Source of the DNA: a bacterium
GTDB lineage: Bacteria; Bacteroidota; Bacteroidia; Bacteroidales; WCHB1-69
DNA: 64,000 bases
Assembly: GCA_963643165.1 (NCBI GenBank)
Contig: CAVIJD010000008.1
Coordinates: 4,397-68,396 of the forward strand
Direction: 5' to 3'
Positions 21,186 through 28,457 of the stretch are shown here, piece after piece (the first letter of the stretch is position 1; each line of letters opens with the position of its first letter). The position numbers were made by a program, and so were the translations under genes. The notes under the pieces are model-generated. The model ran no database searches. It saw only the letters and a list, made by a program, of their open reading frames with translations, and was not told the origin of the DNA.

Positions 21186-21940
21186 GAGGGTGGAGGGGGC
21201 GCGTCGCAGCCGACGGTTCCGCTCCCTTGCGGTCGCTCCACCGCCGGTTATGGAGCAGACTGCCTGCGGCAGCCCGCTTTCACCCTCTCCGAGGGCGTTG
21301 CGGAACAGGGCAACCGCCCCCACACACCCTATCGGACTTTAGACTTGTAACTTACAACTTTAGGGCGTTGCGCAAGTCGCCCTCCTCCGTCTTAGTTCGC
21401 AAGTCAGCCGTGGCAAAGAAGTCCTCGCAGTGTTCGGGCATCGGAGATGCCCAATCAAAGGCGGCTCAACGAGTCGCCACAAGTTACACCAAGCCTATTA
21501 TTATCACTATCGCCCAGATGACAACAATAGCCCAATCTCCCAATCCTCCACGACTAATCATCGTCAAGGGCCACAGAAAATCCCACCTACTTATCCAACA
21601 CATAAAGATGTAAAAAGCCGCCGCTATGGTTAACATATTTTTTTATTTTTATTAGGGTATTAATAATTATTTGAAAACCGATCAAAAAAAGGCTTCAAAG
21701 CACTGTTCACAATCGGATGAAGATACTAATAGAAAGCGGTTAAATGTAGTTGATGGATTTTGCATATTTTATTGGATATTAGATTATTGTATTTGCACAT
21801 ATCTTCGCTGACCAACAAAGCATGGAACAAACAGAATCTCCCCGAAAACCTTGCGGGCAAACGAGCGCGAATGCTCAGAAATATAGGCTGAAATTTTGAC
21901 CATAAAAAGAAGTTTGACTGAACACCTTAAGTTTTTTTCA

Positions 21941-23380
21941 TTAGTTTCTGAGGCAACGGACCGAACGGCCGTTGTACTTGTAGCTGTTGCTGCTGTTCAC
22001 GGTGGCGTTGTCGTAGAAGAGATACCGGTAGTACGCGCCGTAGCTATTGCCCTCGGTAGCGCTCCAGAAGCGCGCGTAGCTGCCGAAAAGGTTGTAGCTG
22101 CCGTAGTAGGTGCCGGCAGGAAACGCCGAGAAGCCCGTGGCGTTGTTGGCGGACGGATTGTTCCCGATGGCACAGCTGTTTGTGCTGCTGTCCCATCCCG
22201 TGGTGGAGGCAAGTGCCTTGGCTATATCATCATCTCTGTTTTTACCACACCTATACTTTCTGTGCTTACTAACATAATCTGTGAGTTCATCCCACTCCGC
22301 ATCGCTTGGAACGTGCCAACCTTCCGGGCAGATGCCCTGCACGCCGGACGGGTTGTCTGATGAGGATGACGAGTTGCCCATCACCGCTTTCCAGTTGTAG
22401 AGGTAGCCGTAGGTGTCGACATTGCCGGCATTGTTGTTGGGATTATAGCGGTAGGCGGTTGTGGTGCTGGTATCAGAGCCCAGAGCTATTTCCGTGCCGT
22501 CGCTGTACTTGGTGGTGCGCAGGTTCTCCTTCATCCAACACTGATTCCCAATCTGCACCGTGTTGTAAACGTTCCCTTCAACGTCCGTTACGGTTGTATC
22601 TGCTCTTTTGTTAAACGGGACCTTTAGTTTATCAACAACTTTTGCATCAGAAATATCTTCTATTACACAAGCCAACAATACCCCTGTAACAACAACAAGC
22701 AATATGAAAACCCATGTCCAGATTTTGTTTCTTTTCTTCTTCTTCAGTTCAGCATTCTCCTTGCGCAGGTCTTCTATCTCCTTGTTCTTCCGTTCTATTG
22801 CTTCCTTGTAGCCGCTCATCTTTGCGGTGTCGTACCCCTTGTCCTTGTAGATGTATGTGAAGCCGCTGGTGCAGCTGGACTTGACCATCTCTTGCTTGCT
22901 GTCTTCCGCGGTGAAACTCCTCACTGCGTCTTTGGACACACCGTAACGCACGGGCGGCAGCTCGCGGGAGGTCCCCTCCAATGCCTCAAATGCGACCTGG
23001 AGGCTTGCGGTAACCGATGCTATCTCCTCCCGGTTCTCGTAAAGTTGGCCCACCGGCGAACACAACGCACCCTTGCCGTCATAGCGGATGAGGCAGCCGT
23101 TCTGCACCATCGTCTCTATCGCCCGCTCAAAGACGCCAAACAGCCTCTTTAGTTGGGTGATGTACTTGCCGTTGATGACGGCGCACAGCCCAACATACGC
23201 TTTGCCCTCGAGTTTGCGGATGTACCCGTAGTACATCAGACCGCCGTCGCGGTGTACGGCAATCTGGGTGACCGCCTTTGCGTTGCCGGCAAATGCCGTG
23301 AAGATTTCCTTTGCATAATCGTCGGGATACTGCGAGTATCCTTCTTTGAAATTGCCGAACAGATATACAGATATGTTCAT
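21941..23380 (-). CDS. Bitopic membrane protein: cytoplasmic N-domain, coiled coil, one TM helix, extracytoplasmic FISUMP (TIGR02145-like) domain
   Basis: 479 aa. Coiled coil KEAIERKNKEIEDLRKENAELKKKKR, then TM helix IWTWVFILLVVVTGVLLACVI. The C-terminal domain has FISUMP hallmarks: GNQCWMKENL, YGYLYNW, CPEGWHVPSDAEWDEL, GFSAFPAG, FWSATE, GRSVRCLRN. The start overlaps the upstream stop as ATGA (23377-23380). Confidence 0.75.
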   Translation of the reverse strand: MNISVYLFGNFKEGYSQYPDDYAKEIFTAFAGNAKAVTQIAVHRDGGLMYYGYIRKLEGKAYVGLCAVINGKYITQLKRLFGVFERAIETMVQNGCLIRYDGKGALCSPVGQLYENREEIASVTASLQVAFEALEGTSRELPPVRYGVSKDAVRSFTAEDSKQEMVKSSCTSGFTYIYKDKGYDTAKMSGYKEAIERKNKEIEDLRKENAELKKKKRNKIWTWVFILLVVVTGVLLACVIEDISDAKVVDKLKVPFNKRADTTVTDVEGNVYNTVQIGNQCWMKENLRTTKYSDGTEIALGSDTSTTTAYRYNPNNNAGNVDTYGYLYNWKAVMGNSSSSSDNPSGVQGICPEGWHVPSDAEWDELTDYVSKHRKYRCGKNRDDDIAKALASTTGWDSSTNSCAIGNNPSANNATGFSAFPAGTYYGSYNLFGSYARFWSATEGNSYGAYYRYLFYDNATVNSSNSYKYNGRSVRCLRN

Positions 23381-23925
23381 TGCCGAGGTTTGAATATGAT
23401 CACTTTGTTCTCGTTGTCCACAGAATAGGATGCCACTCTGTCCATCACCCCGTTGCCCAACAGCAGAGGGGCCTGCACGTTGGCGGAAACCGTTGCAATA
23501 ACATCGGAACAGACGATTTGTCCTCCTATCACCAACTCGTGTAATCTGATGACCATTTTCTCAACAATGCTGCCATCGGCAATATGGACTCTGGTTGTTC
23601 CAAGTATATCATCTTCCGTAATGCAACCTTTTTCATACAGATATCTTGCTTCGGATAGGGATATCGACGTTCCGGAACAGCCGGTGTCGAATATCATCTT
23701 GACAGTGAACTGCCCGTTGATCATGACATCGATAGTTTTAACACCCCCTTGCTCCTCAAACGGCACCGAAACCTCAGAATCTGAAATCTGCGGCTCTACG
23801 ACTTCTGTTGTATCTTCCATTATATCAGACACATCGTAATAAGCAAGTGACTTTTTCTTTTCATGGCAGGATGCCAACAATGTGCCCGCCAACAACAAAA
23901 TTATTGCCTGGTGTTTCATTTTCAT
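23377..23925 (-). CDS. Retropepsin-like (clan AA) aspartic protease lipoprotein
   Basis: Lipoprotein signal MKMKHQAIILLLAGTLLASC. Catalytic motif FDTGCSGTSI (D-T-G) and a retropepsin-type LLLGNGVMD segment. It has ATGA overlaps with both neighbours. Confidence 0.7.
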   Translation of the reverse strand: MKMKHQAIILLLAGTLLASCHEKKKSLAYYDVSDIMEDTTEVVEPQISDSEVSVPFEEQGGVKTIDVMINGQFTVKMIFDTGCSGTSISLSEARYLYEKGCITEDDILGTTRVHIADGSIVEKMVIRLHELVIGGQIVCSDVIATVSANVQAPLLLGNGVMDRVASYSVDNENKVIIFKPRQ

Positions 23926-25352
23926 TCTATTATCTTTACGCTCTTTGAAGCTATTTCTTCCCCGTTGCAGACATACGCTATTTTACATGTTTTGCCTGCA
24001 CTGTCTCGTTTTGCTTGTGATTTGTCACCTTGAAAAGAAAATGCATTTCCCTCCCATTTGCCGCAGTCTTGGAGTTTTTCCAAATTCTTTCCTTCCAATA
24101 CCACGTCGTAAAGATCTCCACATTTCACCTCCGATATTTCTACATCGCAATTGGATTGAGTTATGGTAATTGTGATATTGTCGTCAGAAACATTTCCTGC
24201 ACTCGGTTTTGGCACAGACGTATGCAGCCTTTCAATTTTCTTTTCCTGTTTTTTCGGTTCGTCGTTCTTTCCGTTTCGGATGGCGGCAAACACAACGACA
24301 ACGACAACGATAACAATAACGATTATAAACAAAACTTTTGTTTTTGTATCCTTACTTCCCTGGGAAGAAAGACTATTGGGGAAAAGCCGACCATCACTTT
24401 GCCGACCTTGACCCCTGCTTTCCGGTTCCTGCACATCAGAATTGCGAGAATACTGTCCTTTCGTCAACTGTTTGAGTTGCTTTTTCAAACCGGTTATCTG
24501 TCTGTCTTTGTCGGCTATCGTTTGTTTGTACCCGCTTATCTTATCGTCTATCGAAGCATAACTCTGTTTGAGTTCCAACATCTTACGGTCATTCTCAGCC
24601 TTCGCCTGTTCCACTTGTCGGCGTGCCTGTTCTTGACACTGCTTCCTTTCAGAATCGACTTTTTCTTGAGACAGCCTTTTCTGCAAGTTGATTTCGTCTT
24701 GTGCTTTCTGCTTTGTCGATTCCGTCTCTGCCTTGTACTTTGCCACCGTATTAGCAGCCGCAACCGACAGATAATAGGGTGAAACCGTCAGTGTCCCGAA
24801 TTGCTTGCCATATTCCAACGCCACACGTTTGGTGCATTCGTGGAGGTTTACATTAGGCGATGCGGTTTGAGCGTTTGCGGAAAATCCTGACAAACTGACA
24901 AGGTCTTCGTTCACGGAGAATGCACTGATGTAGTTGACAACTAAAGACTCTATCTCCTTAAGTCGGGCATCTACGTTCTGAAAATCAGCGATCAAGTATT
25001 TTGTCACATTGTTACTCTCTTGCACGCAAAGCCCAACGCACAACTTCTCGTAGGCTGCTTTCAGAACACTGTATATATTCTGCACATCGCCATAAAAAGC
25101 ATTCATGCGGAGCGTCAAGGCGAAGTAGGAACCGGTGCGTCCTTGCGAATCACAGACATTCAAGCCCTTGACCAGCGAGTAATAACTATACGTATTGCCC
25201 CCAATCGTCATGATGTCTATTTTCATGGCTTCCGGAATGTCCCATGGGAGGCCGTAGAAAGAAGACAGGTACCTTTGGTCATCGCCTTGGGGACCCCATA
25301 TTTTTTGTCCCATAGGGACCCCGTGTACAAAAAGGTTAATATTCAATCCCAT
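23922..25352 (-). CDS. Bitopic membrane protein: cytoplasmic N-domain, long coiled coil, one TM helix, small Cys-containing ectodomain
   Basis: 476 aa. A Gln/Lys/Glu-rich coiled coil of about 90 aa (KYKAETESTKQKAQDEINLQKRLSQEKVDSERKQCQEQARRQVEQAKAEND...) precedes a poly-Val/Ile TM helix (VLFIIVIVIVVVVVVFAAI) and a C-terminal region of about 115 aa with 5 Cys. The N-terminus is weakly but colinearly similar to the 21941..23380 product. Confidence 0.65.
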   Translation of the reverse strand: MGLNINLFVHGVPMGQKIWGPQGDDQRYLSSFYGLPWDIPEAMKIDIMTIGGNTYSYYSLVKGLNVCDSQGRTGSYFALTLRMNAFYGDVQNIYSVLKAAYEKLCVGLCVQESNNVTKYLIADFQNVDARLKEIESLVVNYISAFSVNEDLVSLSGFSANAQTASPNVNLHECTKRVALEYGKQFGTLTVSPYYLSVAAANTVAKYKAETESTKQKAQDEINLQKRLSQEKVDSERKQCQEQARRQVEQAKAENDRKMLELKQSYASIDDKISGYKQTIADKDRQITGLKKQLKQLTKGQYSRNSDVQEPESRGQGRQSDGRLFPNSLSSQGSKDTKTKVLFIIVIVIVVVVVVFAAIRNGKNDEPKKQEKKIERLHTSVPKPSAGNVSDDNITITITQSNCDVEISEVKCGDLYDVVLEGKNLEKLQDCGKWEGNAFSFQGDKSQAKRDSAGKTCKIAYVCNGEEIASKSVKIIE

Positions 25353-25360
25353 ATTTCCAC

Positions 25361-26281
25361 TTAACCATTTATAAGTTTAAGCAATGCCTGCCATAATTTG
25401 CGTGCGTAAATGGGATGACCCTCGGTATAGGTGAAACCTCCGGTGATAGTTTCGGAATAGTCTCCTGTCATAAACGGGACAAACTCGCAATTGTATTTTT
25501 GGAAGAACCTGGTGATGGGGTTTTGGTTCTCGAACGGGACAAAAATGTTTCTATACAAGTCTTGGACATTCTTGATGGCCGCACTGGTATTCACCTCTCC
25601 AACGCTATAAACAAATGGTGTCAAATCTATCTTGTTATACACAAAAACAACTTTGTCTCTTGACACCATCCTCGACTTCAAATCGCGGATTCGGGTCACA
25701 TAGTTATTGCGGGGCGTAATGTCGTTCCAGTCGGGCTCAAGCATAATAGCCCATATTTTGCGGTTAGGGCTGTTGATTATCTTGTTGACGTATGCCGGAT
25801 ACGGGCGTTTGGGGTTATCGGGGGTATAGTAGTACTCGCCCGGGGCTTCGAGAATTTGGCAAATAGGCTTGCCGTTCTTCAGGACTTTTACAAGCATAAA
25901 GCTGATATTGGAAGTACTGGTGGCCGCGCTGTTTGTGTTGATCATCTGGTCGAAATTCTCGCAGATATTCTTGTAATTCTCGTCGTATGTAGGACGGAAT
26001 GTCTTGTCTGGCACCACCGTATAACCTTGTGACTGCAAGTAACGTGTCATTCTGACCAAGGTCATCGTCTTTCCGCAGGACGGAGGGCCGTAGAGCACCA
26101 CGATAGGTGTTTTCGGGTCAGACACTATGACGGAAATGCTGTTCGGGTCATTCAACTCTGCCGCTGACAGACCTGAAATGGGCGCTGAAGTTTCCATTTC
26201 AGTTGTTACCCTATTGTCGTTCATCTCAACATTAGGCTCATGGTTTGTCGGAATCGGGCCATTATTGATTTCTATAGGCAT
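25361..26281 (-). CDS. P-loop NTPase with GTPase-like G1/G3/G4 motifs (candidate small TRAFAC/Ras-like GTPase)
   Basis: 306 aa. G1/Walker A is VLYGPPSCGKTMT. G3-like is ILEAPGE, with Glu in place of the usual Asp. G4 is VYNKIDL (NKxD). The N-terminus is about 55 aa and looks disordered. Confidence 0.55.
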   Translation of the reverse strand: MPIEINNGPIPTNHEPNVEMNDNRVTTEMETSAPISGLSAAELNDPNSISVIVSDPKTPIVVLYGPPSCGKTMTLVRMTRYLQSQGYTVVPDKTFRPTYDENYKNICENFDQMINTNSAATSTSNISFMLVKVLKNGKPICQILEAPGEYYYTPDNPKRPYPAYVNKIINSPNRKIWAIMLEPDWNDITPRNNYVTRIRDLKSRMVSRDKVVFVYNKIDLTPFVYSVGEVNTSAAIKNVQDLYRNIFVPFENQNPITRFFQKYNCEFVPFMTGDYSETITGGFTYTEGHPIYARKLWQALLKLING

Positions 26282-26307
26282 AATCGTTCTATTATTTAGT
26301 TTTATAA

Positions 26308-27375
26308 TTACATTTCTCTTTTCTTGAATGTGATATCAAAGGATATAAAGGCCGCCACATCCACCAAAACAGATATTGCTATCCAGAAAATGAAAGCCAA
26401 CCGTTTTTCGGGTAGTTTACCCGTAATAAAAACTGCCCAAACATCAAACACGCTGAGCATTCTCGACACTTTTGTTTGAGGATTGTCGCATGTGTATGCT
26501 TTTTTATCCCCCTCATTTTGGAAATTTACAAAATCCTTATAGGTCTTTATGGTAGCATAGCCATCATCCAACTTGTCGCAGACTTCTTCCCGAATGTCAT
26601 GGGCATCGGTTAAAGACACAGAGTCCACTTCAATGTATTTCTTTAATTGTTCAAGATTATTCCATGCCGCTTTCGCTTCTTTTCGATAGTTATCGTTGGA
26701 GGGTGTCATTGCCTTGGCAATATTCATCTTTTTATTGTCAAGTTGCATAAGGATAGTTTGTCTGTAAGCATCGTATAGTTTCTTGCGTTCGCCTACCGAA
26801 TTGCCGACACCTGAGAGTTTGTTGATTTTGGCGACTCCAAGAATTTGGGCAATTTGTCCAAGAATTTCCTCCGTTTGAGGTCCGTTGCCAGGATTCAGAG
26901 GGTTTTTGATTTCCGCCTCCAATTCCAACAATTTAGTGTTTATCTGATTCTCCACCTCTGTACATTTAGCTTGAATTTGGGCATCTGTAACCGTATTGTC
27001 CCTGATTTGTGACAGATATCCCTGCGTTGCAGCAATGTCAGCCGTCACCGTCTCGCTTATCAAGCTTCGATAGAAAAAAGTATGTGTATTGGTGGGCATA
27101 CTGCAAAGCAGCCAAAAAACAAGCACAATGATGATGCCACCAATAAGGTTGGCACCGCGTTTTTCCATATAAATATTTTGATTCAAACTATCTGCAATCA
27201 TCTTGGTTCCCCATGAAGCAATAAAGAAGAAACCAATAGTGACAGCCCAACAAAAAGCAACGGGCCAACTATGCAAAAGCAAATGCAGCGACTCGGCTGT
27301 CGCCCAACAACTCACGGCAGCAAATGCAAGGAAGCCGCAAAAAGTGAAAATCTTAACAAACTTGTTGTCGTTCAT
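26308..27375 (-). CDS. Polytopic membrane protein with a long central coiled coil (3 N-terminal TM + 1 C-terminal TM)
   Basis: Start chosen at ATG 27375 (MNDNKFVKIFTF...); ATG 27414 and the track start 27492 are alternatives. TM segments: FTFCGFLAFAAVSCWATA, WPVAFCWAVTIGFFFIASW, LIGGIIIVLVFWLLCSM and C-terminal LAFIFWIAISVLVDVAAFISF. About 230 aa of helical or coiled-coil sequence lies between them. The architecture resembles DUF4407-type proteins, which I could not verify here. Confidence 0.6.
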   Translation of the reverse strand: MNDNKFVKIFTFCGFLAFAAVSCWATAESLHLLLHSWPVAFCWAVTIGFFFIASWGTKMIADSLNQNIYMEKRGANLIGGIIIVLVFWLLCSMPTNTHTFFYRSLISETVTADIAATQGYLSQIRDNTVTDAQIQAKCTEVENQINTKLLELEAEIKNPLNPGNGPQTEEILGQIAQILGVAKINKLSGVGNSVGERKKLYDAYRQTILMQLDNKKMNIAKAMTPSNDNYRKEAKAAWNNLEQLKKYIEVDSVSLTDAHDIREEVCDKLDDGYATIKTYKDFVNFQNEGDKKAYTCDNPQTKVSRMLSVFDVWAVFITGKLPEKRLAFIFWIAISVLVDVAAFISFDITFKKREM

Positions 27376-27766
27376 ATTTTTTATAGTGTTTTGTGGACTC
27401 CTTTTGTTTTTCATTTCTCTCCCCTGTCTGCCAGCTTTGTCGGCAAGACTGGCACACCGACACCGTTGAATGTTGTGAAGTCCGTTTACCAATATTCAAA
27501 GGCAATCAATGCGAGTCAAAAGTAACTAAAAAACCTCTACCCCCCACCCGCAAAACTTTTTTCAACAGTCGCCATATCAGCGGTTTACGCTCGTTTTTTG
27601 ACAGTTTTTCAACCGGCGGCGGTTTGCTTCGCTTGCCGTTTTTCGGAACAAAAAGCGTTGATTCTGTTGCCAACAGTTTTCACGCTTTCCAGTTTTTACG
27701 CTTTCGCCGTTCCATTTTTTTTAGGTTAACCCACACGGCAAGTACCTACCCCCCACACACGTACGA

Positions 27767-27835
27767 GCCTCCGGCTGACGTAAGTCTTTTGGGGTTGAAT
27801 TACGCGTAACACTCTACATTCTAAATTCTACATTC
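27767..27835 (-). repeat. Intergenic repeat, copy 3 (GCCTCCGGCTGACGTAAG module + CTACATTCTAAATTCTACATTC)
   Basis: Direct-orientation counterpart of 17935-18005. It also shares GCGTAAC(A/G)C(T/C)CTA with 34482 and 46194. Confidence 0.8.
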
Positions 27836-27873
27836 TGCGTTAGCCATGCGTGCCGAGCGATTGGGATTTTTTC

Positions 27874-27881
27874 TATTTTTG
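27874..27881 (+). promoter_or_regulatory. Bacteroidetes -7 promoter box (TATTTTTG, followed by CCGC)
   Basis: TAnnTTTG lies 23 nt upstream of ATG 27904. The same extended TAnnTTTGCCGC form occurs at 58054 and 63884. Confidence 0.5.
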
Positions 27882-27903
27882 CCGCTGTTTGTTTTCAGTA
27901 GGC

Positions 27904-28359
27904 ATGCAGACCAAAAGGAAAATATCGCTGGTGTTTGTGTTCGTGGCTATGGCGCTGTTTCTGGCACACGCTTTCGTGCCCCATTGCTACCACGCCTGCC
28001 ACGGCTTCGTGGCCGCAGCCCACGAGCAACATGACTGCTCTCACCACGACTGCCCCACACACCACACCAACGAGACCCACTTCTGCCACGCCCACCACCT
28101 GCACGGCAATGAGGACGACTGCCTCCTGAACAAACCTTTCCTGAAGTCAACAGACAACTACGTCAAGTCCGCGCCCACCCCCCTCTCTAACGGACAAGAC
28201 GGCCACACCCTCGGCCTGGACTTCGCCATTCCGACACTCCAAGACCTCACGACACACCACTTTGCAATAGCGGCCAACGGCTTCCCAGACCTCGTGCCAC
28301 TACGCTGCATTGCTGGCTGCTACACCACTGCCGGACTGCGCGCTCCCCCATTGTGCTGA
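27904..28359 (+). CDS. Small His/Cys-rich membrane-anchored protein, putative metal-binding accessory of the efflux operon
   Basis: Start chosen at MQTKRKISLVFVFVAMALFLAHAF (TM/signal anchor). It is followed by HCYHACHG, HEQHDCSHHDCPTHHTNETHFCHAHHLHGNEDDC. It sits directly upstream of the HME-RND genes. Confidence 0.5.
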   Translation: MQTKRKISLVFVFVAMALFLAHAFVPHCYHACHGFVAAAHEQHDCSHHDCPTHHTNETHFCHAHHLHGNEDDCLLNKPFLKSTDNYVKSAPTPLSNGQDGHTLGLDFAIPTLQDLTTHHFAIAANGFPDLVPLRCIAGCYTTAGLRAPPLC

Positions 28360-28457
28360 TTGTCTCTTAACAGACACCTCCCCCCATTATGTTACCAAGA
28401 CCGGAGTGCTATGTTCCGGTCCAAAATCAAGTTACAATCAACACAATAATATTATAT

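Noticed and set aside
20982-21613. Several 70-160-aa ORFs on both strands in the GC-rich spacer upstream of the ATPase gene
   Set aside because: They overlap each other, are Arg/Pro/Gly/Ala-rich, and coincide with repeat and IS-remnant sequence. I found no motifs or plausible starts, and no convincing tRNA or ncRNA structure by eye either.
24298-24340. AACGAC/AACAAT-type trinucleotide-like repeat tract (possible phase-variation repeat)
   Set aside because: On the coding (minus) strand it encodes the poly-Val/Ile transmembrane helix (FIIVIVIVVVVVVFAAI) of the 476-aa protein. The periodicity is a consequence of codon reuse and the units are imperfect.
28360-28457. 7-bp hairpin GACCGGA...TCCGGTC between the His/Cys-rich gene and the adaptor gene as a terminator
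   Set aside because: No T-run follows it and the stem is short. It is probably incidental.
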